Positions 46,946 to 57,833 are shown, counted from the first letter of the stretch. The stretch is DNA of 64,000 nt from Vulcanimicrobiota bacterium (GCA_963833095.1 CAWHWQ010000002.1:1-64000); one strand, 5' to 3'. The notes: a model not told the origin generated them from the letters alone. Numbers and translations: made by a program.

Positions 46946-47737
46946 ATGTTCAAGCACATAACGTGGAAGATCTCTTCCATCGGCGTCGCATGCGCCATCA
47001 TGCTAGAAGCGTGTTCCTCGGGCGCTGCCGTGAACCCGAGTGCGCCAGCCGCCACAAGACCGCAACTTTGTCAATATGCTACAACCGGCACCGGGTGCGG
47101 CGGCGGCGGCGTCAACACAGCATCGATCACTGAACTCGTATCAGCGAACTGGAACTCAGCCACTAATTCCGGTACCGCTACCACGTCGAATTCCACAGGC
47201 CAGTCGCTGGCAACGGTAAACGGGAGCTACGCGGCCTCGTCGGCCTCATATAGCGCCACCGTTGGAAGTCAGACCCTTACCGTTCAGACGCTACGGCCCG
47301 ATCAAATACAGATCGGCGTCGTCAACCAATTGAGCGATGGCACCCTCTACGTCGATCCCACTACAAACATTGTAACAGCGAACGTTACAGGCACGAACGG
47401 CGTTAGCTATACCGTAACCGCGACGCCAAACAGCTCCTCAGCGACTGGCGGATTTATTCTTCAAGTTACCGGAAGCGATGGCACGAGCCTTTCTCAAACG
47501 GTGAGTGCTCCTAGCAGTTCCGCGCCCGACGAAAAGAGGCGCGATAATGGCTGCGCGGTCGCCGGCGACGCGGAAAGATATTTTGGTGGAGTAGCCGGCA
47601 TCGCGGGCGGTGTCGCCGTCATCTCCGTAGCGCTTGGTGCCGAACCCGTGGCTGCTATTGCTGCCGGCGTCTCGGGTATGACAGGCATGATTGCCGGGGT
47701 CGCGATGCTCGGTAGCTTTTTCCTGTGCCCGAGATAA
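46946..47737 (+). CDS. Lipoprotein with Ser/Thr-rich beta region and C-terminal Gly/Ala-rich hydrophobic module
   Basis: Lipobox-like LEAC; KRRD followed by C..FGGVAGIAGGVA..AAIAAGVSGMTGMIAGVA..C. Confidence 0.75.
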   Translation: MFKHITWKISSIGVACAIMLEACSSGAAVNPSAPAATRPQLCQYATTGTGCGGGGVNTASITELVSANWNSATNSGTATTSNSTGQSLATVNGSYAASSASYSATVGSQTLTVQTLRPDQIQIGVVNQLSDGTLYVDPTTNIVTANVTGTNGVSYTVTATPNSSSATGGFILQVTGSDGTSLSQTVSAPSSSAPDEKRRDNGCAVAGDAERYFGGVAGIAGGVAVISVALGAEPVAAIAAGVSGMTGMIAGVAMLGSFFLCPR

Positions 47738-47743
47738 TCTGAC

Positions 47744-47941
47744 TTGCTGCAGCGCATAAGTAAATCAATGCCCCCGTGGCTACTCCTTGTAGCAGCGGTT
47801 GGAGCAGCAATTGGGGCATTGACACCGTATCTTCAAACGGTGCCGGTTGAGAAGTGGGAATACGTTACCTCGATCGTAGGCGCGTTCGCGTCGATCATAC
47901 TTCTCGCCGCCTTTGTTTACCGCGTAGTCAAGCGTGAGTGA
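47744..47941 (+). CDS. Small two-TM protein (candidate immunity protein)
   Basis: 65 aa with two hydrophobic helices, starting 6 nt after the lipoprotein stop. Confidence 0.65.
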   Translation: MLQRISKSMPPWLLLVAAVGAAIGALTPYLQTVPVEKWEYVTSIVGAFASIILLAAFVYRVVKRE

Positions 47942-47951
47942 CTTGTAGGAA

Positions 47952-49295
47952 CTACTTCTTCGGGATTGGTTTGGCCGGATTGCCGGCGACGCGCTCACCG
48001 GGGGCTACGTCTTTCGTAATGACCGAACCCGCGCCGGTGAGCGCGTTGTCGCCGATCGTACGGGGCGCGACGATCGAGGTGTTCGAACCGATTGACACAT
48101 TCTTGCCGATCGTCGTGCGATTCTTGCGCTGGCCATCGAAGTTGCAGGTGATGGTCCCCGCGCCGATGTTCGTGTCCTCACCGATCGTCGAGTCGCCGAG
48201 ATAGGCGAGGTGCGCGGACTTCGCTCCCCTTGCCAGATGCGAGTTCTTGATCTCGACGAAGTTGCCGACGCGATTGTCGCCGTCGAGCTTCGCGTGACCG
48301 CGGATGTGCGCGAATGGCCCGACCTTGGAATCGTCGCCGACGTCACTTGCGACCACCACGCTCTCGCAAATCTCGACATCGTTGCCGATGCGTGAATCCG
48401 AGATGCGCGTGTTGGGTCCAATCGCGCAGTTCTCGCCGATCGTCGAAAGCAGTGAAATACTGGTGTTGGGATAAATGACGGTGTCGCGACCGATGACGAG
48501 TTCGGGCTCGAGATAGGTCGTCGCCGGATCGAGAATCGTCACGCCGTCGCGCATGTGCGCCGCAGCGATTCGGGCATTCATCTCGTGACGCGCCATCGCC
48601 AGCTCGACGCGATCGTTGATGCCGAGCGTCTGCAGATGATCCGTCACCACCACGGGCCGTACGCGCTTGCCTGCGTTCACGAAGTACCCCACCGTGTCGG
48701 TGAGATAATACTCCTGTTGCGCGTTGTCGTTCTTGAGCGCCGCGACCCCTTCGCGCAGTTCGCTCTCATCGAAAGCATAAATCCCGGCGTTCATCTCGTC
48801 GATCGCAAGCTCGTTGGCGTCGGCGTCGCGGGCCTCCACGATACACTGCACCTCGTCATCGCCGCCGCGCACGATGCGCCCGAAGTTCGACGGAAGCGGC
48901 ATCTTCACCGTGACCAGCGACATCACGGCCGGTTTGCCGCCGTCGAGCGCCGCAACGACCCGCGCGAAGATCTCGTCCGTGATCAGCGGCATATCGGCGT
49001 AGGCGATTACCACCCGCGACGCGGCCCGCTGCGGCGTTGCGTCAAGCGCGATCTTGACCGCGTGCCCCGTACCGAGTTGCTCGCTCTGCACCACGCCCTG
49101 CACGCCAAACTCGGCGATGCGCGCTTGCAACTCGTCGTTGGTTACGACCACGATATCGTCGATGCCGGCAGCACGCAGTTCCCGCAGCGTGTACCAGAGC
49201 ATCGGACGCCCGCAGAGTTCGTGCAGCACTTTGGGAATGCGGCTCTTCATGCGGGTGCCTTTTCCCGCGGCCAGGACAATCGCGCGCACGCTCAC
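47952..49295 (-). CDS. glmU: Bifunctional UDP-GlcNAc pyrophosphorylase/acetyltransferase
   Basis: LAAGKGTRMKS, QLGTGHAV, EYYLTD, GNFVEIK, hexapeptide repeats. Confidence 0.97.
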   Translation of the reverse strand: MSVRAIVLAAGKGTRMKSRIPKVLHELCGRPMLWYTLRELRAAGIDDIVVVTNDELQARIAEFGVQGVVQSEQLGTGHAVKIALDATPQRAASRVVIAYADMPLITDEIFARVVAALDGGKPAVMSLVTVKMPLPSNFGRIVRGGDDEVQCIVEARDADANELAIDEMNAGIYAFDESELREGVAALKNDNAQQEYYLTDTVGYFVNAGKRVRPVVVTDHLQTLGINDRVELAMARHEMNARIAAAHMRDGVTILDPATTYLEPELVIGRDTVIYPNTSISLLSTIGENCAIGPNTRISDSRIGNDVEICESVVVASDVGDDSKVGPFAHIRGHAKLDGDNRVGNFVEIKNSHLARGAKSAHLAYLGDSTIGEDTNIGAGTITCNFDGQRKNRTTIGKNVSIGSNTSIVAPRTIGDNALTGAGSVITKDVAPGERVAGNPAKPIPKK

Positions 49296-49296
49296 G

Positions 49297-50751
49297 CTAG
49301 TGCAGCGCCTCCAGAGCATTTTCGAGCCGGCGAATCGACTCTTGTTGCCCCAAGATTTCGACGTCGTCGAAGAGCGGCAGCGCCGTCGGGCTCCCGGTGA
49401 TCGCAATGTAGAACAGGCGGGCGACGTCTTTGAACTTCATATCTAGTGCCACCGCCGCACTCTTGAACTTTTCGCCGATCTCCGCCTGGTTCCAATGCGA
49501 GTTTTCGAGCGTGAGAAGTTCGTCGATGCTGCCGCGCAGTGCCAACCGTGCCTCGTCCTCGGACAGTTTGGGAAGCTCCAGATCGCGTCGCGCGATCTGC
49601 GGCCGGTTAACGAAAAAATCGATCGCCGGCCCGAAGTCGGTCAGCGTCTCGATGCGCGACATAGCAATCGATGCAATGTGCGCGCGCTGGGCCGGCTCGA
49701 TCCCCGGCGGCCACGCGAAACCAAAGTCGGCAAGGAGCTTTAGGAAGCTCGCGACGTCGCGATGGCGGATCCACTGACCGTTGAGCCAGGTCAACTTCGG
49801 GATGTCGAACACCGGGCCACCGAGTGCGATATGCTCCAGGTTGAAATCAGCCGCGATCTTTTCAAGCAGCGATGAGCCGATGAGCTGCGGATCGTCATTG
49901 CGCGAGTCGATCAGAATACCGAGAAAATTCATCAATGCGTCGGCCACATAGCCGCGCTCTCGGTAGTACAGGATACTGGTCGGATTCTTGCGCTTGCTCA
50001 GCTTCGAGCGGTCCGGATTGCGCAGCAGCGGCAAGTGGCACAACTGCGGGGGGTCCCATCCAAAGTACTGGTACAGCAGCAGGTGCTTGGGCGCCGAACT
50101 GATCCACTCTTCGCCGCGAATGACGTGCGTGATCTCCATCAAGTGGTCGTCGACGACGTTGGCCAGATGGTAGGTTGGAAATCCATCTGCCTTCATCAAG
50201 ACCTGCATGTCGACGGTCTTCCAGTCGACGGTGATCGTTCCGCGCAGCACATCCTCGAAGACGCAGGCTCCGGTATCCGGGACTCTGAGCCGAATGACGA
50301 ACGGTTCGCCGGCCGCTTCCCGGCGCGCGACTTCTTCTTGTGTGTAGGTCAAACACAAGCCGTCGTAATGCGGCGGCTGCTTGGCAGCGCGTTGCGCCTC
50401 GCGCATCTCTTCTAAACGCTCGGGTGTGCAAAAGCATTTGAAGGCGTGACCGTGGTCGAGCAGTTCGCGCGCATGGCGCGCATAGATTTCCGAACGCTCG
50501 CTCTGGCGATACGGCCCATGCGGACCGCCAAGATCGGGGCCTTCGCTCCAGGAGAGTCCGAGCCAGTGCAGCGAATCGAGGATCGCCTGCTCGCTCTCGC
50601 GCGTGCTGCGCACCTGGTCGGTATCCTCGATGCGCAGGATGAACTCGCCGCCGTTGTGTTTAGCAAACGCGTAGTTGACCAGCGCGACATACGCCGTGCC
50701 CACATGAGGATCGCCCGTCGGCGACGGCGCGACCCGAGTCCGAACGTTCAT
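49297..50751 (-). CDS. gltX: Glutamate--tRNA ligase
   Basis: APSPTGDPHVG, LRIEDTD, KLSKR. Confidence 0.97.
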   Translation of the reverse strand: MNVRTRVAPSPTGDPHVGTAYVALVNYAFAKHNGGEFILRIEDTDQVRSTRESEQAILDSLHWLGLSWSEGPDLGGPHGPYRQSERSEIYARHARELLDHGHAFKCFCTPERLEEMREAQRAAKQPPHYDGLCLTYTQEEVARREAAGEPFVIRLRVPDTGACVFEDVLRGTITVDWKTVDMQVLMKADGFPTYHLANVVDDHLMEITHVIRGEEWISSAPKHLLLYQYFGWDPPQLCHLPLLRNPDRSKLSKRKNPTSILYYRERGYVADALMNFLGILIDSRNDDPQLIGSSLLEKIAADFNLEHIALGGPVFDIPKLTWLNGQWIRHRDVASFLKLLADFGFAWPPGIEPAQRAHIASIAMSRIETLTDFGPAIDFFVNRPQIARRDLELPKLSEDEARLALRGSIDELLTLENSHWNQAEIGEKFKSAAVALDMKFKDVARLFYIAITGSPTALPLFDDVEILGQQESIRRLENALEALH

Positions 50752-51165
50752 TTAGACGAGTTCGCGGCGTTTGCCACACTCGGCTTGCACAAAATCGACG
50801 ATCTCTTGGAGCGGCGCTCCCGGCGTAAAGATTGCCTTCACCCCGAGTTTGCGCAACTCGTCGGCATCTTCGGGCGGGATCGTACCACCGCCGAAAAAGA
50901 CGACGTCGTCGGCGTCCTGGGCTTTGAGTTGTTCGAGCACGAGCGGAAAGAGCGTCATGTGCGCGCCCGAAAGAATCGAGAGGCCAATGCCGTCGGCGTC
51001 TTCTTGAATCGCGGTCTGCACGATCTGCTCGGGCGTCTGGAAGAGTCCCGTATAGATCACTTCCATGCCGGCATCGCGCAATGCGCGCGCGATCACCTTC
51101 GCTCCGCGGTCGTGCCCGTCGAGGCCCGCCTTAGCGACGATGACGCGTAGTGGTCGGTTCGCCAT
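50752..51165 (-). CDS. B12-binding small subunit of acyl-CoA mutase (IcmB/McmB-like)
   Basis: [24 protein letters not shown]. Confidence 0.93.
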   Translation of the reverse strand: MANRPLRVIVAKAGLDGHDRGAKVIARALRDAGMEVIYTGLFQTPEQIVQTAIQEDADGIGLSILSGAHMTLFPLVLEQLKAQDADDVVFFGGGTIPPEDADELRKLGVKAIFTPGAPLQEIVDFVQAECGKRRELV

Positions 51166-51283
51166 GCTTTCCTTTGTCGTGTGTCTGCTCGCTCAGGCGC
51201 AGCGCCTCCTCGAGCTTGTTTTTGACTTCGGCAAGGGTCCGCTGCACGCGGCGGCGGTCCATCTCGTTATGAATCTTTAGCAT
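51131..51283 (-). CDS. Small coiled-coil hypothetical protein
   Basis: About 50-aa ORF starting just after the large-subunit stop and filling the gap. Confidence 0.4.
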   Translation of the reverse strand: MLKIHNEMDRRRVQRTLAEVKNKLEEALRLSEQTHDKGKHGEPTTTRHRR

Positions 51284-51285
51284 CG

Positions 51286-52914
51286 TTAAAATACCGATCG
51301 CTCCGTGTAGCGTCCATAAACGCTGGCCATCGCTTCGACGATTTCGCCCTCGGTACAATACGCGTTGACGCAGTCAATGAGATGCGGCATCACGTTGTCA
51401 CCCTCGTTGCGGCACGCCTGTTGCAAACGCTCCAGCGTTTGTTGTGCGCGGTTGCCGTCGCGTGAGCTGCGTAGTTCCGCGAGCTGGCGGCTCTGCTCGC
51501 GCGCAACTTCCTCGGTGATTTTGAGGAGGTCGATCTGCATGCGCTCTTCGGGCCGTTCGAAATAGTTGACGCCGACGATGACGCGATCTTTCGACTCGAT
51601 CGAACGCTGGTAGCGGTAACTCGCCTCGGCGATTTCCTTTTGGAAGAAGCCCGCCTCGATCGCCTCGACCACGCCGCCGTAGCCTTCGATCTGCTCGAAG
51701 TAGGCTTCGGCCTCGCGCTCCATCTGATCGGTCAACGCTTCGACGAAGTACGACCCGCCCAGCGGATCGACGACGTTGGTCACGTTGGTTTCGTAGGCCA
51801 AAACTTGCTGTGTGCGTAGCGCAATCTCGACCGATTTTTCGGTCGGCAGCGCCAGCACTTCGTCCATCGAGTTGGTGTGCAGGGATTGCGTCCCGCCCAG
51901 TACCGCGGCCATCGCCTCATAGGCGACGCGCACGATGTTGTTCTCGGGCTGTTGCGCGGTAGCGCTGCAGCCGGCGGTCTGGGTGTGGAAGCGCAGCTGC
52001 CACGACTTGGGGTTCTTGGCACCGTAACGTTCGCGCATGCGCCGGGCGTAGATGCGACGCGCGGCGCGGAATTTGGCGATCTCTTCGAAGAAATCGATGT
52101 GCGAGTTGAAAAAGAAGGAGAGGCGCGGTGCGAACGCGTCGACGTCGAGTCCGCGCTCTATCGCCGCTTCCACATACGCGAAGCCGTCGGCGAGCGTGAA
52201 CGCGAGTTCTTGCGCCGCAGTCGACCCGGCTTCGCGAATATGATAGCCCGAGATCGAGATCGTGTTCCATTTTGGCATCTCGGCAGTGCAGAACTCGATC
52301 ATGTCGACGATCACGCGCATATGCGGACGCGGCGGAAAGATCCATTCTTTCTGCGCGATGTACTCTTTGAGGATGTCGGCTTGAATCGTGCCGCCGAGCA
52401 GCTTGCGCGAGATGCCTTTTTTCTCGGCCGCGGCGATGTATTGCGCGACCGCGATCGCAGCCGGACCGTTGATCGTCATCGAGGTCGTGATATCGGCCAT
52501 GTCGATGCCGTCAAAAAGCGTTTCCATATCGCGCAGTGAGTCGATCGCGACGCCGCACTTGCCGACCTCGCCGCGTGCCTGCGGCGCATCGGAGTCGTAC
52601 CCCATCAGCGTCGGCATGTCGAACGCGACCGAAAGACCGTGCTGGCCCTGGGCCAGCAAGAAATGGTAGCGTTCGTTGGTCTGCTTGGCATTGCCGAAAC
52701 CGGCGAATTGCCGCATCGTCCACAACCGGTCGCGATAGCCGTTGGGATGGATCCCTCGGGTATACGGATACTCGCCGGGCAGCGGTTCGACGCGCTCCAC
52801 GTCGTGGGGTTCGTAGACGGTCTTGAGCGGAACGTCCGAGATCGTACGGTCGACCGCGCCTGAGCCCGGGCCGGTCCGGCCCGCGGCCGCCGGCCGCTCG
52901 ATCATCTTTGCCAA
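51286..52914 (-). CDS. icmA: B12-dependent acyl-CoA mutase large subunit, isobutyryl-CoA mutase-type residues
   Basis: [40 protein letters not shown]. Confidence 0.8.
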   Translation of the reverse strand: MAKMIERPAAAGRTGPGSGAVDRTISDVPLKTVYEPHDVERVEPLPGEYPYTRGIHPNGYRDRLWTMRQFAGFGNAKQTNERYHFLLAQGQHGLSVAFDMPTLMGYDSDAPQARGEVGKCGVAIDSLRDMETLFDGIDMADITTSMTINGPAAIAVAQYIAAAEKKGISRKLLGGTIQADILKEYIAQKEWIFPPRPHMRVIVDMIEFCTAEMPKWNTISISGYHIREAGSTAAQELAFTLADGFAYVEAAIERGLDVDAFAPRLSFFFNSHIDFFEEIAKFRAARRIYARRMRERYGAKNPKSWQLRFHTQTAGCSATAQQPENNIVRVAYEAMAAVLGGTQSLHTNSMDEVLALPTEKSVEIALRTQQVLAYETNVTNVVDPLGGSYFVEALTDQMEREAEAYFEQIEGYGGVVEAIEAGFFQKEIAEASYRYQRSIESKDRVIVGVNYFERPEERMQIDLLKITEEVAREQSRQLAELRSSRDGNRAQQTLERLQQACRNEGDNVMPHLIDCVNAYCTEGEIVEAMASVYGRYTERSVF

Positions 52915-53011
52915 GCTGGCTTTCCTCTAAAAGGTGGTAGACGAGAGCTATTCTCCCAAACCGGCTCCCGCCCCGCAAGGGCTCGAGTCAGGGGAGGCAA
53001 ACCGGCCCAGA

Positions 53012-53353
53012 ATGGTCAGCATCGTTCTGGTCGCCGCCCTTGCAGTAGCTTCGCCGTCGCTTTATGCGGGCTACCCGGCATTGGACTATCAATCGAAATC
53101 CGCGCCGGCGTTCGCTCGCGATCACCGTCATGAGATTGCCGAGACGCTTCGTCGGACAACGCCCGCGGACCGACGGCGGCTTCGTTACACGATGGCGCTA
53201 ACCGGTCGCGGCGACCAAAGAGTGTTCGTTATATTTCGCGATATCGAGCAACCCGCGGACACAACGCTGAGGCAGCTCTACGTCGTTCTGAATCTTCGCA
53301 ACGTGAACTACGATCCGTTCACGAACACCATCGTTGCCCAGCCGGCATTCTAG
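53012..53353 (+). CDS. Small secreted hypothetical protein
   Basis: Hydrophobic N-terminus MVSIVLVAALAVAS; fills the gap between convergent genes. Confidence 0.6.
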   Translation: MVSIVLVAALAVASPSLYAGYPALDYQSKSAPAFARDHRHEIAETLRRTTPADRRRLRYTMALTGRGDQRVFVIFRDIEQPADTTLRQLYVVLNLRNVNYDPFTNTIVAQPAF

Positions 53354-54160
53354 TTACGGCGTCGGTGTGGCGTCAAACAGACCTGCCAGTGGATCGGGGG
53401 CGCCCTCGCGGCGATGCTCGTCGTAGGCGCGCTGGTTGAAGAGCCAGTCGGGAAGCGAATCGGGGAACCGCATCTTCTCGACGTGCAGTTCACGATAGAA
53501 CGGCGGGTCTGAACCGCCCGGATGATAGATCGCGACCCAACTGCCGGCGATCAGATACGAACCAACCGGGACGAAATTGACCGTCAAATAGACCGTCGCT
53601 GAGGGAAAGTTGAAGTCGTGCGTGACGTAGTCGGCGCGCCGGACGTCGTGCGTCGTGGTATCGATCCACAGGTCGCGCAATGCGTGTTGCTCGGGATCGG
53701 ACGTCGGATCGAGCGCGATGTGGTACGTTTCGTGCCCGTCGATGTTGTCGACGCTTTGCACGCCGGCGCGATACACCGGTCGCGCGTACGCGTTCACGAC
53801 CGCGATCGTGCGAAGATCGGCGGCGAGACTCGTCGTCTCTTCCTGCTGCCCAGGCGGCGCCGTTGCGCCACGTGGCGCCGGCGTTGCATGCACGACAGCC
53901 TCGTGCAGCGTGATCGAGAGCGGCCCAACGAAAGCGCGATACACGCTAGCTTGCGGGAGCGAATCATTGTGAATCAGCTCAGCGTCGTTCATCATCTCGT
54001 CGGAGCCACGAAACGCGATGCGGTGCACGTCGCCGTTTTCGGTTGTCATGTACACGACGTACGGCGGCGTACCGTACGAGCGAATCCGCTCGTACGCTTG
54101 CTCAATGATGGCTTGCGCCGGTGGCGGGCTTGGCGGAGGACTGGGTGCGATCAACCCCAC
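53354..54160 (-). CDS. Hypothetical protein (LolA-like sorting fold possible)
   Basis: IDGHETYHIAL..LRDLWID pattern; overlaps the meaB stop. Confidence 0.6.
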   Translation of the reverse strand: MGLIAPSPPPSPPPAQAIIEQAYERIRSYGTPPYVVYMTTENGDVHRIAFRGSDEMMNDAELIHNDSLPQASVYRAFVGPLSITLHEAVVHATPAPRGATAPPGQQEETTSLAADLRTIAVVNAYARPVYRAGVQSVDNIDGHETYHIALDPTSDPEQHALRDLWIDTTTHDVRRADYVTHDFNFPSATVYLTVNFVPVGSYLIAGSWVAIYHPGGSDPPFYRELHVEKMRFPDSLPDWLFNQRAYDEHRREGAPDPLAGLFDATPTP

Positions 54161-55068
54161 CTCTGGAGCAAGGCTTCGGCGGCCGCGTATGGATCCAGCC
54201 CGATCGGCAAACGCTGGTCAAGATCGTCGTCGACGCGTTCCTGGAGTTTTCCGAGCACCAGTTGACGCACTTGATGCGCGAATGCCTCGCGGCGTTTGTT
54301 CTCGATTTCGCCGGTTTCGTCGAGATACGCGCGGTGCGATTCGATGGCGCGCCACAAGTCGTCGACGCCTTCGCCCGAAAGCGCCTGCGTCATCACCAGC
54401 GCCGGAACCCAGCCCTTGAATTCGAGCATCTCCATCATGCCCCGAATCTCGCGGCGCATCTGATTGGCCATTGGGTGATCGGCTTTGTTGACGACGAACA
54501 CGTCGGCTATTTCCATAATGCCGGCTTTGAGCACCTGAATGGAATCGCCGCTGCCCGGTTGCAGCGCAACCAACGTCGTTTGCGCAAGTTCGGCGATCTC
54601 GATTTCGCTTTGGCCAACGCCCACCGTCTCGATGAGGATCACTTCGAGTCCAAACGCGTCCATCAGCACGATTGTGTCGGCCGTCGCGCCCGACACACCG
54701 CCGAGGTGCCCGCGGCTTGCCATCGACCGGATAAAAACATCGGGATCGACGAAGTGCTCGGTGAGACGGATGCGATCGCCGAGCAATGCCCCGTGCGAGA
54801 AAGGCGAGCTCGGATCGACCGAGATTACGCCGACCGTCTTTCCCAGCGAGCGTGCTTTGCGCACCAGGGCCGAGGAAAGCGTCGATTTTCCAACGCCGGG
54901 TGGCCCGGTCAGCCCAATGGTCAACGCGCGGCCGGCTTGGGGATACACGTGCCGGATCAGTTCGGCGCCGCGTCCGCTTTCGGTCCACGAAATCGCGCGC
55001 GCCAAACCGCGCGGACGACGGGCGTCGAAGTCGCGCAGCACTGCATCTACATTCATCGAGGGTGCCAA
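54151..55068 (-). CDS. meaB: Mutase-associated GTPase chaperone
   Basis: GPPGVGKST, VDPSS, LLGDRIR, ETVGVGQSE, NKAD. Confidence 0.95.
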   Translation of the reverse strand: MAPSMNVDAVLRDFDARRPRGLARAISWTESGRGAELIRHVYPQAGRALTIGLTGPPGVGKSTLSSALVRKARSLGKTVGVISVDPSSPFSHGALLGDRIRLTEHFVDPDVFIRSMASRGHLGGVSGATADTIVLMDAFGLEVILIETVGVGQSEIEIAELAQTTLVALQPGSGDSIQVLKAGIMEIADVFVVNKADHPMANQMRREIRGMMEMLEFKGWVPALVMTQALSGEGVDDLWRAIESHRAYLDETGEIENKRREAFAHQVRQLVLGKLQERVDDDLDQRLPIGLDPYAAAEALLQRWG

Positions 55069-55130
55069 AGTACCGGGGGATTGCGGTGATCACCCGGGAT
55101 CACCCTCCCCGCCGTGGAAGAACGTATGCA

Positions 55131-56453
55131 ATGCTGCCTGCGGCGCTCCTGGCAACGTCGCTGGCGTTGACGCCCGCGCAATCGGCGAAGATCGATGCGG
55201 TGGTCGCGCAAGTGATGCAAACGAGCCATATTCGGGGGCTCTCCCTCGGTGTTGCCCGCAAGGGTCATGTCGTATTCTTACGTGGCTATGGCACACGCGA
55301 CTGCTCGGCCACCGCACGCGCCAATGCGTACACGGTTTTTCGCATCGGTTCGATTACCAAACAGTTCACGGCGGCGCTCGTGATGCAAGAAGCCGATCGC
55401 AGCGCACTCCCGCTCAACGCCGAACTCGACGGAATCACCGTCGTGGAACTGCTCTCGCAGACCAGTGGACTCGTCTCGTACACCGATCCGGGACAAACGT
55501 TGGACTCGGCCCTCAACGCCCCGCCGCAGTTTGCACCCGGCACGCAGTGGCAATACAGCAACAGCAACTACTATCTTCTGGGAACAGCGCTGCAATCGGT
55601 GACCAAAAAAAGTTTCGCCTCGCTCCTCGCCGAGCGCATCACCGGACCGTTGCACTTGACCTCGACCACCTTCTATCCGCCGCTGGAACGAAACGTGGCG
55701 CAGGGCTGCGTGTGGGACGGTTCGGGATGGACCATCGCACCCGATGGCCCCAACGATCAAGCCGACCTCGCGCTTAGCGCCGGCGCGATGAGCAGCAACG
55801 TTCCCGACTTACTCACGTGGCTATGGAATCTGTACGACGGCACCATTGTCACGCCCGATAGCTTCGATGCGATGACCACGTCGTGGACGCTCGCTGACGG
55901 AACGCCGACGAACTACGGCTTCGGTTTTTTCACCGACAAATGGTACGGCCTGCGTGTCGCGCAGCACACCGGGTACATCGACGGCTTTAGCGGCGATGAC
56001 GCGCTCGTGCTCGATGACGGCACGGGATTTGCAATCCTTTCCAACGCCGATCGCGTTTCGCTCGTACCGCTGGCGAAGAGCTTGGTCGAGATCGTCGAGC
56101 CGCTCAAGGATCGGTCGCTCGTGGCGACGTTCTCGCAGCCGGGCGTGTTCGAGGATCCGGCTGTCACCGCACTTGTGAAAACGATCGCCGCGCAATTTGC
56201 AACCGGCGAGGTCGATCGATCGCTACTCTCGCCCGGATTTTCGGCAATGCTCGATGAAAGCCGCCTGGGCGCGTATCAGCGCGCGCTGCAGCCGCTGGGG
56301 AAACTCGAGCAGGCTTTGTTCAATGAGTCGACGACCGTCGGCTCGGTGACGAGTGACGTTTACACCTTGATCTTCGCGCGCGGCCGTCTGATCATGACGT
56401 TGAGCCTGCGCAGCGGAAAGGTCGACGCGCTGACGCTGGAGAGCGGGCGCTAG
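55131..56453 (+). CDS. Beta-lactamase-like serine hydrolase
   Basis: SITK, YSN, HTG motifs. Confidence 0.9.
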   Translation: MLPAALLATSLALTPAQSAKIDAVVAQVMQTSHIRGLSLGVARKGHVVFLRGYGTRDCSATARANAYTVFRIGSITKQFTAALVMQEADRSALPLNAELDGITVVELLSQTSGLVSYTDPGQTLDSALNAPPQFAPGTQWQYSNSNYYLLGTALQSVTKKSFASLLAERITGPLHLTSTTFYPPLERNVAQGCVWDGSGWTIAPDGPNDQADLALSAGAMSSNVPDLLTWLWNLYDGTIVTPDSFDAMTTSWTLADGTPTNYGFGFFTDKWYGLRVAQHTGYIDGFSGDDALVLDDGTGFAILSNADRVSLVPLAKSLVEIVEPLKDRSLVATFSQPGVFEDPAVTALVKTIAAQFATGEVDRSLLSPGFSAMLDESRLGAYQRALQPLGKLEQALFNESTTVGSVTSDVYTLIFARGRLIMTLSLRSGKVDALTLESGR

Positions 56454-56456
56454 ACC

Positions 56457-57833
56457 ATGTTCCGCGCGATTACCGCGGCGTTGCTGATCGCGCAAGCGCT
56501 TATCATCCCGATGACCGGAGCGCGCACCCGCGGCATTCAAACCGAATCGCTCTTTCACACGCTGTTCCACGATTTTTTTCCTGAAGACGACGGCACGACC
56601 TACGTGCAGACCGGCGACATCCCGGCGATGTGGCTTCGCGATTCGTCGGCCCAAACAATCCCCTACGTGCGCTTCCAATCCGACTATCCACTGTTGCGAG
56701 CGCGCTTTGCCGGCGTAATCGAGCGCAATGCGCGCGCTATCGACAAGGACGTCTACGCCAACGCGTTTCAGGAAGACTATCACGCCTGGGAGCGCAAGTG
56801 GGAGGTCGATTCTATCGCGTGGCCGGTCGTGCTAACGCTGTCCTACTTCGACGCGACGCACGATCGCACGATTTTCACGCCGAACCTGCACGTAGCGCTG
56901 CGTCAAATCGTCTACACATATAATTGCGAAGAACACCATCGCGAATGCAGCCGATACGTCTATCCGTACCACGTGCCGACACGGCAAGAATTCGACGAGG
57001 GAACCGGCCTGATTTGGGGCGCGTTTCGGCCATCCGACGACCCGGTCGTGTACCGTTTCAACATTCCGCAGAACGTGCTCGCTGCCGTTGCCCTACGCGA
57101 CATCGTAAAACTAGCGCGCGTCGGGTACGGCGACGCGGAGCTGAGCGCGCGCGCACAGGCGTTGGAGGAGCGCATTGTCACGGGCATCCTGCGCTACGGC
57201 ATCTTTTTCAACGCGCAGCGCGGCGTCTGGATGTACGCCTACGAAACCGATGGGTACGGCAACTACAACGTCATGGACGACGCCAACCTTCCCGACCTCA
57301 CGGCGCTGCCCACCATCGATTGGTGCTCGGCCTACGATCCGACCTATCTCAATACGCGCACCTTTGCCTTGAGCATGGACAACCCGTGGTACTTTAGCGG
57401 CCGTTACGCCCAGGGACTCGGAAGCCCGCACACGCCGTACGGCTATGTTTGGCCGCTGGGCATCATCGCGCGCGCGATCACGTCGACCGACACGCGCGAG
57501 ATCACGAACAGCATCACGACGTTGGCCGAAACCGACAGCGAGAACGGCCTCATTCACGAGAGCTTCTATCCCGACGGATACTGGCGATTCACGCGTCAGG
57601 AGTTCGGATGGGCGAACGCGCTCTACGCCGAGCTGCTGTTTCGCACGATGGCGGGATACCCGGCGCTCGACCACGTTGCAGGCGACGGCGTGATGCTGCC
57701 CTTTCAGCGGCGCTCGCAGACACCGGTGCTGGTGTCGGAGATCGACCAGCTCGTAAATACCGCCGATATTGTGAGCGCGCTTGGGCGGCTACTCTATGAG
57801 GGACGCCAAGCCGCGATCAATCAGGCGCCATAG
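56457..57833 (+). CDS. Glycoside hydrolase family 125
   Basis: TGDIPAMWLRDS, ERKWEVDS, FRPSDD, MDDANLP, GSPHT, FGWAN. Confidence 0.93.
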   Translation: MFRAITAALLIAQALIIPMTGARTRGIQTESLFHTLFHDFFPEDDGTTYVQTGDIPAMWLRDSSAQTIPYVRFQSDYPLLRARFAGVIERNARAIDKDVYANAFQEDYHAWERKWEVDSIAWPVVLTLSYFDATHDRTIFTPNLHVALRQIVYTYNCEEHHRECSRYVYPYHVPTRQEFDEGTGLIWGAFRPSDDPVVYRFNIPQNVLAAVALRDIVKLARVGYGDAELSARAQALEERIVTGILRYGIFFNAQRGVWMYAYETDGYGNYNVMDDANLPDLTALPTIDWCSAYDPTYLNTRTFALSMDNPWYFSGRYAQGLGSPHTPYGYVWPLGIIARAITSTDTREITNSITTLAETDSENGLIHESFYPDGYWRFTRQEFGWANALYAELLFRTMAGYPALDHVAGDGVMLPFQRRSQTPVLVSEIDQLVNTADIVSALGRLLYEGRQAAINQAP

